64,000 nucleotides of DNA from Candidatus Daviesbacteria bacterium (GCA_028715175.1 JAQUSJ010000001.1:546386-610385); one strand, 5' to 3'; positions 1 through 9,147 are shown, numbered from the stretch's first letter. Made by a program: numbers and translations. Notes: generated by a model not told the origin, from the letters alone.

Positions 1-215
1 CTTAACCCTGCTTTTGTTATCGTGCTGAGATTTTGGCGGAGCATATTTGCCACATAATTTGCGAACTGAACATCTCCAGCATAACCCAATGCAATATTAT
101 CCTTGATTGGAAGAATCTTTTGAAGTTTATCTTCAACAACTCCCGGAGCTGATGCACGGCTGTCAGAAAGCATTACAGCCTCTTTATCTGCTTTAAATCC
201 AACAACAACTGTCAT
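1..215 (-). CDS. Proteasome beta-subunit-like Ntn-hydrolase (HslV/Anbu-like), 5' part, runs off the window edge
   Basis: Not in the ORF track. Manual translation: MTVVVGFKADKEAVMLSDSRASAPGVVEDKLQKILPIKDNIALGYAGDVQFANYVANML... N-terminal Thr, SDSR, KI and GxAG fit the proteasome-beta/HslV pattern. TATAAT lies 7 nt upstream of the ATG. Confidence 0.7.
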   Translation of the reverse strand, partial: MTVVVGFKADKEAVMLSDSRASAPGVVEDKLQKILPIKDNIALGYAGDVQFANYVANMLRQNLSTITKAGL

Positions 216-237
216 AATTGACATTATACTCCTATAA

Positions 238-259
238 GGTTCGATTCCGGTCACCGGTA
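238..259 (+). other. tRNA 3'-end-like fragment (T-loop plus acceptor strand), possible att scar
   Basis: GGTTCGATTCCGGTCACCGGTA resembles a T-loop, T-stem and acceptor end, but no 5' half is present. Confidence 0.35.
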
Positions 260-363
260 TAAAACTTTTGAGGCTAGAGAAAATCAGTTAAAAATTTAGG
301 CTCGGACTTGGGAAAATGTTGCTTTGAAGAGGAAAAATGTCAGTAGTTAAAAACAAGTCCGGT

Positions 364-379
364 TTGGAGCGGGTGAGGG
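364..379. repeat. att site (distal copy of the tRNA-Gly 3' end)
   Basis: TTGGAGCGGGTGAGGG is identical to 10725-10740. Confidence 0.9.
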
Positions 380-516
380 TATTAGAGTCGGACTCCAAAA
401 CTTCTTTAATGATACCTCAGAGGAAGCTAAATTACTAGCTTTTCAGCTTCAACTTCTCAAGGATCATTTAGGAGGGAGTCTTCAGGTTTATTCTAGCTAA
501 CTGCTATAATTCCAAT

Positions 517-1302
517 ATGCATAGTTTACCTGTTTATACTGCGAATAAAAGGAAAGGGAATATAGGTGAAGCATTAGCCCAATACATTTTTTCTAAGTTT
601 TGCTTAGTTCACAAAATTGATGGAAGTAATGATCTTGGAAATGATTTTATCTGTGAGTTAATAAGAGATCAACATCCCACTAATCTATTGTTTTATGTAC
701 AAGTGAAATACACAAATAATCCGCCCAGGATAAAGGAAGAAACAAAGGAATATTGGAAAAGTTCACCAATTCCTGTCTATATTTTTTGGATAAAAGATAA
801 AAAACCACCCGTGATTTTTGATCCTGATCTTTTTAGAAAAGCTAAAACTTACTATAAAAGGTTAACTCCATTACTTCATAATGAAAGCAAACATAAAAAC
901 GAAAAGTTCAAACCTTACAAAGAAATTGATTTTAAAAGAGACCTGATAGTAGATTATGTGAGAACACAATATAAAGAAGGATTTACTCCTATTATAGAAC
1001 CAAGGGCCTTTTTGAACATAGATGAAAAACTGCAAACAGACCTACCTCAGTATGCCTTCTATATTAGGGACGTCATACCTGAATATTCAGAGGATATTTT
1101 ATCTAAGGGTTGGGCTAATTTATTTTCTTTGGCAGTTATTTTATATAAAAAAGGAGACAGAGAGAATTTGGAGCTTGCTCACCACCTAATAGATTTGGCA
1201 ATTACTCTTTATAAAAAAGAAAGAGGAGAAGATGATTCTAGAATCTATAATTCTATGGTTGAATATGAAATAGATATTGCTGATCTACTAAACAGATCTT
1301 AA
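517..1302 (+). CDS. DUF4365-like PD-(D/E)XK nuclease-domain protein
   Basis: KGNIGE...DLGNDFICE...FYVQVK motif. Extended -10 (TGCTATAAT) 6 nt before the ATG. Confidence 0.65.
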   Translation: MHSLPVYTANKRKGNIGEALAQYIFSKFCLVHKIDGSNDLGNDFICELIRDQHPTNLLFYVQVKYTNNPPRIKEETKEYWKSSPIPVYIFWIKDKKPPVIFDPDLFRKAKTYYKRLTPLLHNESKHKNEKFKPYKEIDFKRDLIVDYVRTQYKEGFTPIIEPRAFLNIDEKLQTDLPQYAFYIRDVIPEYSEDILSKGWANLFSLAVILYKKGDRENLELAHHLIDLAITLYKKERGEDDSRIYNSMVEYEIDIADLLNRS

Positions 1303-1316
1303 TTAGCATTAATTAT

Positions 1317-4300
1317 CTAAAGGCTTGAAACAACTCCCAAATTAACAGCATATGTTTCTTGTAAATATAATTCCGTTACAGCAAGCAGTGATAATTGGCT
1401 ATTTGTTGCCTTTGTTTTGGAAAGTCCAGGCTGGACAATAAACACTTTGAGCTCAGGAACTAAAAATGAGCTCTTGTTCTCTATTTCTTCAAGTTTTATC
1501 AAGTCTCCTTTTTCAAATCGGGATACTCCGTATTTATTGTTCCTACTTATTTCTCTTTTACGCATATGCTTCATAAGAACCTTAAAATCGCTTTTCCATA
1601 AAACGCTTTTTTGTGCCTGACCGCAGACAGCATAAAGGTCATCAATGCGTGCAGCTGCTCTCCCTTCTTTTGCGTATTTACAATGGTAGAAGTGGGCAAT
1701 TAAGCGGTTACCCAAAATTTTAAGTGCCACAATGTCAGCAGCTTCATAAGCGTCATCATCGTCAAAAATAATATCGTAGTTGTCAGCGTAACTCTTTTGT
1801 TGGATTTTTTTGAGCACATGATATTGAATTGACCGTTTGTTTCTCTGATAAGTTTGTGACTCTTCAGACAAATTAACACCTGTCCAATCCCACGTTTCAA
1901 TCCTGTTCCTATTAAAAGAGTCTTTCCCTGCATTTTTGACTGTGTATACCTCGTTATAGATGAGAAAAGTTCCATCTTCAAAACGTATTGTCGGAGGGGC
2001 TTTTTGCATCCAATCTGATAACAATTCTTTTTTGCCTCTTACTTGTATGGATACAACTTCTTTGCCGGTGGGTAAATAATCCACTTTTCCTTTGAGGATT
2101 TTAATCATGTATTCTACGCTTTTATTGTTTGTGAAAACCTTAAACTTTAGTGAACCCTGTTTATTATTGTCTGTAAGCTCTAATCCTACTTCATAAAAAG
2201 GTACGACATCTCCTGCAACATCAAATTTGATTACGTCTTCAGCTCTAAGGAAAATATCTTCAGACCATTCAATTGTCAGAGGAACTAAATTCGGTCTTGC
2301 TTGTATTTTCTTGGGGATTATGGCATTTTCAATAATCTGATCAACTTTTATCCTATTATTTAGCAGCTTGGAACCGATATGTTTGCACCATTCTATCCAT
2401 TCAGAGATGTTGTCCGCAACCATATGAGCCCATATTTTCCCTCTCCTTGAACATCCAATGCTTATTTTTTCTCCGTTTTCAAAACCGGTTCCGAAGGCGT
2501 TTACTTTGATTGTATTATTAACTTGTGCCTCTGGCATGCCTTCTCTAACATCTGAACCAACGCGCATTGTATAGCTTGTGGTCCGACTGAAGGCAGGTTT
2601 TAAACCAAGATTGATTAGTATTAGCCTGTTTATTGAAAACAGAGTACGGAATACTTGTTCCCCTTGGACAAGTGCTACATCTTCACCAACAACTGCTTTT
2701 GCCAAAGCTGCATGATAGGAACTTTTGTCAGAACTGTTTATATATAATAGTTGTTGTGTTGGATCCCAATAAAGTAGATATAAATCCCAAACTGTATTAT
2801 ACACACCCTTAGTGTCTGCCCATTCAACAAGTTCGCGGGTGGAAGTAATAAATAAAGCTACCTTGTTTTTATTGTTTATTGTTGGTTTAGCGTAAAGATC
2901 AGACTCCTTAATAAGGTCTTTTATTCTATCCGGCCTCCATCTTATACACTTGGTTTGGTATACAACAGTGCTCATTTTTGGCAAGATATTTTGTATTGGG
3001 ATTTCAGATGGCAAGTCGTCAAAGTCTTCTAAAAACTCTGCTGCCTTTTTTTGTTCTTCAGTAGCTCCTTCACTGAGGTTGTGCAGTATAGAGTTCCAAT
3101 CCGAACCGTCTGCATATAACTCCCGAAGTGCATCTGCAATCTCGGGGTTTGCGACATTTGCGATAATTGTTGCATCTCCAATATTTGGATTGGTTCTGGT
3201 AAAACGTCCTGTAAATTGAATAGTAATAGCCAAGCTTTTATGCGCATCATGCAAAGCGGCAATTTTTAATTCAGGAAAATCAAAGCCTTCTCCAAACATA
3301 TCAACACAAACTATAATTCTTGATTGTCTGGTTCTGAGCTTCTGGAGGGCAGCTGTACGCTCGGTTTTTGTTTGCCTGCTATTAACAACCACTGGTTCAT
3401 ATTTTCTTCCAAGTTGCTGATATATTTTTACAACGTTATTTGCTCGTTCAATGTTGTTTACCCTTGCCATTACTATATGGTCTAAACCTTTTTTTATGTC
3501 CTTTTTCAATTGGGCTATTGCCACTTTGGCAATCGGTTCATCCTGGTTTTCCGTGTTATATACTCTTAGTGAGACAAAATTAATGCGCTTAAAATAACCT
3601 TCATCTTGAGCCTTTTTCAAAGGGAAATCAAATATAATTTTTCCATCAACCTGACGACCATCATTCCGGTAAGGAGTAGCCGTAAATTGGAGAATTATCT
3701 TATCCGTAAAGTTTTTGCGGAACTTTTCCCAAGTAGGGGCTGTTATATGATGGGCTTCGTCAATAAAAAGGGAATGGCATAGATTTGCAACCTGTTTCTG
3801 CATATCTTCATCAAAACCATTTATAACCTGCATAGTTGCCACTATTACGTTGCAAGACTTAAAGAAATGTTCAACCTCAGAGACTGAGCGTAATTTGTGT
3901 TCAAGTATGCCTACCACAGGATATGCCGCTTCTTTACCAACAATCCCTAAACTTTTTAGCAAACCAAGATTTATGAATTTATTTGCTATCTGGGTACGCA
4001 AAGCATCATTCGGAACAACTACCAACAATCTTTCTATGCGTTGGTTGATCAAAAGAGCAAGCATGGTTTCCGTTTTACCTGTACCTGTTGGCATTACAAT
4101 AGTTGCAGGTTTAGTACGTGCCTTCCAGTAGCCTATGGTTGTATGAAGTGCACCACTTTGTGCAGATCTTAAACCTGGTTTATCAGGTTCTTTTTCTTCT
4201 TCAACAAAGAAAAACTGCCCCTTCCAGGATTTACGGACGCTGGTACAATAATCCTGCATAGCTACTTGATTAGTAAGCTCTATAGTGTTTGTTTTAGGTT

Positions 4301-4592
4301 TAAGCCACTGCATTTTTTCCCTCAATGTTAAGAATTGTTCTTCATTGGCTGGGATTGTCGCTTGGGGGGATAATAAAACATCATATTTCCCAGGAATTAT
4401 CTTTTTTGTGCGTAGAACTAAAACATCCTTTTCACCCTTTCGTTGTATAAGTTTTGCTCTAGTATGCCTTATACGCCCATTTGAAATATTAGCATTACAG
4501 ATGATTTCTGGCTGGCTAAGTTGTAGGATATTATTCTTAAATAGCTTTCCTTTAATTAAGTACCTACTGGGTAAGTAGACTGGAGTATCCAT
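1317..4592 (-). CDS. SF2 DEAD/DEAH helicase (ResIII-like) with C-terminal putative PD-(D/E)XK nuclease; candidate defence protein
   Basis: Helicase motifs MPTGTGKT, DEAHH, FTATP, VDMFGEGFD and QFTGR. C-terminal EAAD...HCK...QAQKS. Confidence 0.8.
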   Translation of the reverse strand: MDTPVYLPSRYLIKGKLFKNNILQLSQPEIICNANISNGRIRHTRAKLIQRKGEKDVLVLRTKKIIPGKYDVLLSPQATIPANEEQFLTLREKMQWLKPKTNTIELTNQVAMQDYCTSVRKSWKGQFFFVEEEKEPDKPGLRSAQSGALHTTIGYWKARTKPATIVMPTGTGKTETMLALLINQRIERLLVVVPNDALRTQIANKFINLGLLKSLGIVGKEAAYPVVGILEHKLRSVSEVEHFFKSCNVIVATMQVINGFDEDMQKQVANLCHSLFIDEAHHITAPTWEKFRKNFTDKIILQFTATPYRNDGRQVDGKIIFDFPLKKAQDEGYFKRINFVSLRVYNTENQDEPIAKVAIAQLKKDIKKGLDHIVMARVNNIERANNVVKIYQQLGRKYEPVVVNSRQTKTERTAALQKLRTRQSRIIVCVDMFGEGFDFPELKIAALHDAHKSLAITIQFTGRFTRTNPNIGDATIIANVANPEIADALRELYADGSDWNSILHNLSEGATEEQKKAAEFLEDFDDLPSEIPIQNILPKMSTVVYQTKCIRWRPDRIKDLIKESDLYAKPTINNKNKVALFITSTRELVEWADTKGVYNTVWDLYLLYWDPTQQLLYINSSDKSSYHAALAKAVVGEDVALVQGEQVFRTLFSINRLILINLGLKPAFSRTTSYTMRVGSDVREGMPEAQVNNTIKVNAFGTGFENGEKISIGCSRRGKIWAHMVADNISEWIEWCKHIGSKLLNNRIKVDQIIENAIIPKKIQARPNLVPLTIEWSEDIFLRAEDVIKFDVAGDVVPFYEVGLELTDNNKQGSLKFKVFTNNKSVEYMIKILKGKVDYLPTGKEVVSIQVRGKKELLSDWMQKAPPTIRFEDGTFLIYNEVYTVKNAGKDSFNRNRIETWDWTGVNLSEESQTYQRNKRSIQYHVLKKIQQKSYADNYDIIFDDDDAYEAADIVALKILGNRLIAHFYHCKYAKEGRAAARIDDLYAVCGQAQKSVLWKSDFKVLMKHMRKREISRNNKYGVSRFEKGDLIKLEEIENKSSFLVPELKVFIVQPGLSKTKATNSQLSLLAVTELYLQETYAVNLGVVSSL

Positions 4593-4831
4593 AATTTTTA
4601 ATCTTAATTTTCCAGCTCATTGTAACAGAACTTATGTAAGAACACGACAATAGTAAATTACTATTTGACATCAGAGGTTAGGCTGCTACACTTAAACTAT
4701 AACAATAATTATTAAGATTAGATTGATATGACAATGAAAACTATTAGTTTCCTACCATGTAATTCCTACGATAATCATCTTCTTAATTATCTGAATCTTT
4801 GCAAATTTATGAAAGGAAGGGGGTGAACCTC

Positions 4832-5197
4832 GTGATTGAGTTATATTTGTCAACTGATGGCAAACATACAATTCATCTCCAAACAGTAAGCCAGGAAGAA
4901 ATGGATAAGCTATTCCCTTATGCCAAGCAGTTATACCAAAAGATAGTTGATGAACTAGGGACAAAAGCCCAGATGTGGCATGACGCTATAAATAGCAACG
5001 GTAATGGAGTTAAAAAGAATGGTCTAGTTAAAGTTAACAATGCTCCTATGTGTTCTATCCATAAAACACATATGCAACTAAGAAGTGGTAAGTATGGGGA
5101 ATTTTGGAGCTGCGGGACAAAATTATTAAATGGGAGTTGGTGTAGGGAAACATCTAGTGAAATCAACTCAAATGCGCAGAAATCTCTAGCAATCTAG
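4832..5197 (+). CDS. Small protein with C-terminal Zn-ribbon (topoisomerase zf-C4-like)
   Basis: PMCSIH...MQLRSGKYGEFWSC...C. GTG start after a purine-rich RBS. Confidence 0.6.
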   Translation: MIELYLSTDGKHTIHLQTVSQEEMDKLFPYAKQLYQKIVDELGTKAQMWHDAINSNGNGVKKNGLVKVNNAPMCSIHKTHMQLRSGKYGEFWSCGTKLLNGSWCRETSSEINSNAQKSLAI

Positions 5198-5246
5198 TGA
5201 TATCTGAGATAAATTTGCAAAATTTGCAGAAGCTGAAGGATGAATT

Positions 5247-5951
5247 ATGAAGCAACAAGTATTACTAAAGGTTCCTGTTGAAACAGAGGAGCAAAAGATA
5301 GCAAAATATCACGGATTTGAACTGAAAACAGCAAATGGCTACAAATTAGATGAAGTAGTAAGTGCATTACAGAAAGCCTGTAGACGCGGGGAAGAAGAAA
5401 GGGCCCTCTTTTGGGCATATGAGATGATCCATGGAGGGTATATAGCCTACTTTTGGAGAAGGATGGCTGTAATTGTGGTAGAGGACATAGGTTTAGCTAA
5501 TGTGGAGGCTGCAATTCTTATCAACTCCCTAGCCCAACTAAATGAAAGGGTTAACAGGAAGGACTATGTAGAAACTTTTCACCCGACAATGGCAGTTCTT
5601 TATCTTTGTAGAAGTAACAAATCACGAGAAATTGACTTCGCTAATGACTGGATTGATCGCAACAGAGAGCTTGGATGGAGGGAAAAGATAGAAATTCAAG
5701 ATTTGGACGAACACAATGACCAAGGGAGGCAAAGGATTAAAAAGATGGGAGGTAATTACCAGCGTAAAAAAGATGAGATATTCTATTATGAGTCAATCCT
5801 TCTTAATAATCCTGTTTCAATAGCTAAGGACAAATATAAAAAGCTCGTTTGGCAGTTAAGGAAACTAGATAAAAAGAAACTTAAACTAAAGTATGCACCT
5901 AAAAAGAAGCTAAAAGGATCTATGCGGAGTCAATACCGGACAGCACAGTAG
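5247..5951 (+). CDS. Stand-alone RarA/MgsA C-terminal-like domain protein (no AAA+ ATPase)
   Basis: SALQKACRRG...ALFWAYEM...WRRM...EDIGLAN matches the RarA post-AAA region. No Walker A motif. Confidence 0.7.
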   Translation: MKQQVLLKVPVETEEQKIAKYHGFELKTANGYKLDEVVSALQKACRRGEEERALFWAYEMIHGGYIAYFWRRMAVIVVEDIGLANVEAAILINSLAQLNERVNRKDYVETFHPTMAVLYLCRSNKSREIDFANDWIDRNRELGWREKIEIQDLDEHNDQGRQRIKKMGGNYQRKKDEIFYYESILLNNPVSIAKDKYKKLVWQLRKLDKKKLKLKYAPKKKLKGSMRSQYRTAQ

Positions 5952-6087
5952 GTAGTGATGGTCATTTTCTAGCTTCGGATTGAGGCTAAAGAACAGTGAA
6001 GAAAACTATGAAGATACAGTATAGAAAAGGTCACAGAGGGTATGAGGAGAAAGGATAAGTTTCAATTTACCCTTGCAGCATAGAGAT

Positions 6088-6297
6088 TTATGAAGAGAGG
6101 AGGTCAGAAGAAGTGTTACCAAATACTTTTGCGATTTTGTTTAATGTTTTAAGAGTAGGGTTTTTCCTTTTAGCATGCTCAATTTCTATTATTGTCTTTG
6201 GATCAACATCAGCCAGCTCTGCAAGTTTTTCTTGGGTTAAATCTTTATCTTTCCTTAACTTTCTGATTTTCTCACCTAATTTTCTTAAGCTCGCCAT
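6088..6297 (-). CDS. XRE/Cro-family HTH transcriptional regulator
   Basis: LGEKIRKLRK...TQEKLAELA...IE...NPTLKTL. Confidence 0.9.
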   Translation of the reverse strand: MASLRKLGEKIRKLRKDKDLTQEKLAELADVDPKTIIEIEHAKRKNPTLKTLNKIAKVFGNTSSDLLSS

Positions 6298-6400
6298 TGA
6301 CAGAATTATGGAATATATGCCAGACTGTGAACAGGAAATATATTCCAGATTTACGCATGAAATTAAGGCTGAAAGACGACTTGCAGGATTGCAGTAAAAT

Positions 6401-6721
6401 ATGAGGCTAGCGAATACTAAAATAGTAATAGGCTTATTAGTTTTGATTGCTGTTTCGGTTGCCTACTTCTTTCTGATTTATCTTCCGAAACAACAAGAAT
6501 TTAGATTACGACAACAGGAAACTACTCTTAGAAAACAAACTTATGAACTCTGCTTGAAAGAATGGAATGGTATGTATGATAAGGCAGGAGAACTTTTTGT
6601 AAGGGAAAACCCAGAAATTACAAAACAGGAATTGGGAGACAAATTGATACCTATCATCAATAAGAAAGATGAGATTATAACAAATTGTGTTGAGAAAAGG
6701 CTTCAAGAATATAAAAAATAG
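6401..6721 (+). CDS. Hypothetical membrane-anchored protein
   Basis: N-terminal hydrophobic helix. Transcribed divergently from the HTH gene. Confidence 0.65.
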   Translation: MRLANTKIVIGLLVLIAVSVAYFFLIYLPKQQEFRLRQQETTLRKQTYELCLKEWNGMYDKAGELFVRENPEITKQELGDKLIPIINKKDEIITNCVEKRLQEYKK

Positions 6722-6732
6722 GAGGTGAAAAG

Positions 6733-6969
6733 ATGAAAAGAACTATAATTTGGGCTATTGTACTGGTTATTTTTATACTGATCCTGTTCCAACAGTTTTA
6801 CCGATATGGTGAGCTTTCAATCAAAGAGGCCGAAGTTGAAAAACAGCTTTGGAAGGAGCGTTCTAACTATTTCCAGCTGTTGGATAAATACTGTAAAGAC
6901 AAGGGTTTCCAGAGTGCTCAGACTAATAAGGATGGTGTAATAACCTGCATTCCTTTAGATGGAAAGTAA
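6733..6969 (+). CDS. Hypothetical membrane-anchored protein
   Basis: GGAGGTG RBS, N-terminal TM helix and a Cys pair. Confidence 0.65.
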   Translation: MKRTIIWAIVLVIFILILFQQFYRYGELSIKEAEVEKQLWKERSNYFQLLDKYCKDKGFQSAQTNKDGVITCIPLDGK

Positions 6970-6970
6970 A

Positions 6971-7564
6971 ATGAAGGCTAAAGTAAAGTATTTGATCTTA
7001 GCAATTGTGATGCTAATTATTGTTCTAACTGCTCAAAAGCTGTATTTAACCCCTTCTCCGCAGAAACCACCCAATCTACCACCTGAAGCAACAAAAGCCG
7101 TTCAGTTGGAGTTAGAGTACCCTTATGAAGTCAAAAATGTAGCGGATCAGGAGAAAGTAGCGGTTTTACAACTTGTTAGGACTTTTGAAACTTTACAATA
7201 TGAAAGAAAAGCAAAAGAAGTATTAGCCTTATTCACTCCCCCCTCTAACGACAACGAGAGAAATGATTTGGATTTTCTGGAGGGAAAAGACTTGAATTCA
7301 AGCCCAAGACTTTATGTTACAGCAGGATATCCATGGTCTCTAAATTGGTACATGGTAAGAAAGATAGAGAAACAAAATGATAAGTTGCAAATAACTTTGA
7401 AAGAATTAAGAACTTATTATGCTAATTCTGATGGTGATTATACTGGTGATAACCAAAACCTGATCCTTGTAATTATTGAAAGTAGTGGAAGCTATAAAAT
7501 TGATCAATATTTCCATGAAAAGCTCTCGCCAAATGTGAATCGTAAATATGAGGGATTTAATTGA
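6971..7564 (+). CDS. Hypothetical exported or membrane-anchored protein
   Basis: N-terminal TM/signal followed by a Pro-rich linker. Alternative start at 6959. Confidence 0.65.
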   Translation: MKAKVKYLILAIVMLIIVLTAQKLYLTPSPQKPPNLPPEATKAVQLELEYPYEVKNVADQEKVAVLQLVRTFETLQYERKAKEVLALFTPPSNDNERNDLDFLEGKDLNSSPRLYVTAGYPWSLNWYMVRKIEKQNDKLQITLKELRTYYANSDGDYTGDNQNLILVIIESSGSYKIDQYFHEKLSPNVNRKYEGFN

Positions 7565-7753
7565 CAATGTCTGTTATAGAACCTGCCACCCCGACACAGT
7601 AGCTGATTGTTCAGTAGATAGCAAGGTAAGTATTATCTCACTCTAAATGTGCTTCATTTTAAGCCATATTTCCAACTGCAAAACTTTGCATTTGGATTGA
7701 TACAACAATCTAAACCTTGACAAAGATGTAAAAATTTTGTACTGTCAATATTG

Positions 7754-8227
7754 ATGAATATAAGTATTAATATGTTGCCCATAAAAATTTTCACTTCCGA
7801 TAAAAGGAAATTTCAAGAAATATCTAAGATAGTTGATCACTCGGAATTTCAAGAAGAATTTTTGAGACTAGCAAAAAAGTGGCGAGGGAAAACCATAGAA
7901 AGTTTAGACGAGGATTACCAAAAAGATATACTCGGTTCACTTTCCAAACTGAAGTTGCCAAATTCCCTTTATGATCTTCTATCGGATTGTGTTATTTCTG
8001 GCATTCTTTGGAAAAATTATAACTTAAGTGGTACAGAGATTTTAGAAATTCTCTTGGTTCGTTCAAGAAAATCTAAGACTTTAACAGACTTTCCCAGAGA
8101 TAGAGATTGGTATTGGAGGCATAAGTTTGGTGAAGGATATGGTGCAATCGCAAAAAGGGATGATGTGGGAAAGCACATGGTATTGAATGCAATTAAACGC
8201 TACAAGACAATGACTGGTAACGGATAA
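7754..8227 (+). CDS. Hypothetical protein with probable C-terminal HTH
   Basis: C-terminal GEGYGAIAKRDDVGKHMVLNAIKRY resembles an HTH. Start uncertain. Confidence 0.55.
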   Translation: MNISINMLPIKIFTSDKRKFQEISKIVDHSEFQEEFLRLAKKWRGKTIESLDEDYQKDILGSLSKLKLPNSLYDLLSDCVISGILWKNYNLSGTEILEILLVRSRKSKTLTDFPRDRDWYWRHKFGEGYGAIAKRDDVGKHMVLNAIKRYKTMTGNG

Positions 8228-8298
8228 TTCCCTAATCTAATTACTCCCTAAAACTATTAAGCTTCTATAAACTCCAATTAAAACAAGTTCTGATTAGC

Positions 8299-8532
8299 AT
8301 GAAATCTAATACATTTGAATTAACTGATTTTGAGGTTGCCACGATCTTGATTATTGAAGGATTTAATCTTCTAGAAGTTGACAAGTCTAATCCTCACAAA
8401 GCCAGCTTTATATTTGAAAACAATCCCAGAATAGCCGAAGTCATCAATTCCTACTTTAATGATAAGTTATCTGTTAATCCACGCATGCTCTTCATGGAAA
8501 GTAAAACATTAAAAAACAGACTGTATTTGTAG
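8299..8532 (+). CDS. DUF5659-like small protein
   Basis: TDFEVATIL...GFNLLEVDKSNPHKASFIFE pattern. Confidence 0.6.
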   Translation: MKSNTFELTDFEVATILIIEGFNLLEVDKSNPHKASFIFENNPRIAEVINSYFNDKLSVNPRMLFMESKTLKNRLYL

Positions 8533-8544
8533 ATTTTAAGAGTC

Positions 8545-8785
8545 TCTGCAGCGACAAGAAAGTCATAGATAGTCTTTCAGCATACCGTATGACTTAAAAC
8601 TGCGGTCTGGCCTAAAAGGTAACTTAGGGCTCTGGTGGGGAGCGTCGCTAGTACCAGTATCAGAAAGACTAGTTACCGCCGAAAGAGAAATCTTTTGAAA
8701 CGTTAGACCCTTCTTGTAGCGATACAAGCTAACAATGACGTTCCCTGATAACTAAATAATTTCTATTTAGGAGATCAGGGAGGGA
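8545..8785 (+). ncRNA. Putative structured RNA or structured cis-element
   Basis: Four consecutive stems: 8560-8567/8588-8595, 8618-8624/8671-8677, 8713-8728 (GCGA tetraloop) and 8742-8749/8774-8781. Confidence 0.45.
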
Positions 8786-8791
8786 AGGCAT

Positions 8792-8959
8792 ATGGGGATG
8801 AGGAAAAAAATTGAAAGTAAACAAGTTAACAAAGAAGATACTAGTTTAGTCAGGATAAATACTGGCTTAAAGGATTCGCTTAAAGAAAAGGCAGCAGCCA
8901 AAAAAACAACCATCAAAGCTCTAGTAGAGGGTGCAGTTGCAGAGATTGAAGGGATTTAA
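8792..8959 (+). CDS. Ribbon-helix-helix (CopG/Arc-like) protein, 55 aa
   Basis: Below the ORF-track cutoff. MGMRKKIESKQVNKEDTSLVRINTGLKDSLKEKAAAKKTTIKALVEGAVAEIEGI, with GGAGG upstream. Confidence 0.6.
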   Translation: MGMRKKIESKQVNKEDTSLVRINTGLKDSLKEKAAAKKTTIKALVEGAVAEIEGI

Positions 8960-8967
8960 GGTTGGTT

Positions 8968-9147
8968 ATGTTGACTAAAGAGGAAGTTGCTGAATTTAGG
9001 AGGTTGGTTCTAGAAGTTTATGGGATTAAGCTAACAACTGGAGAAGCTACGGATCAAGGTTCACGTCTAATTCAATTATTTGAGCTCATCTTGAAAAATA
9101 AGAAGCTTGTAATGATGGATGGAAAGGTGGTACAAAGTAATGAGTAG
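8968..9147 (+). CDS. Small protein directly upstream of the recombinase
   Basis: MLTKEEVAEFRRLVLEVYGIKLT...; overlaps the integrase start. Confidence 0.65.
   Translation: MLTKEEVAEFRRLVLEVYGIKLTTGEATDQGSRLIQLFELILKNKKLVMMDGKVVQSNE

Noticed and set aside
1417-4578. Short ORFs inside the helicase gene, and similar ones inside the atp, PBP, ABC and glmS genes
   Set aside because: Antisense or alternate-frame shadows of long, well-supported genes.
1317-4592. Type III restriction Res subunit
   Set aside because: No adjacent Mod methyltransferase; only the generic SF2 motifs are shared.
4797-7690. TGCA-containing motifs near 4798, 5216 and 7677 as a shared operator
   Set aside because: Spacing is inconsistent and the motif is too short to exclude chance in AT-rich DNA.
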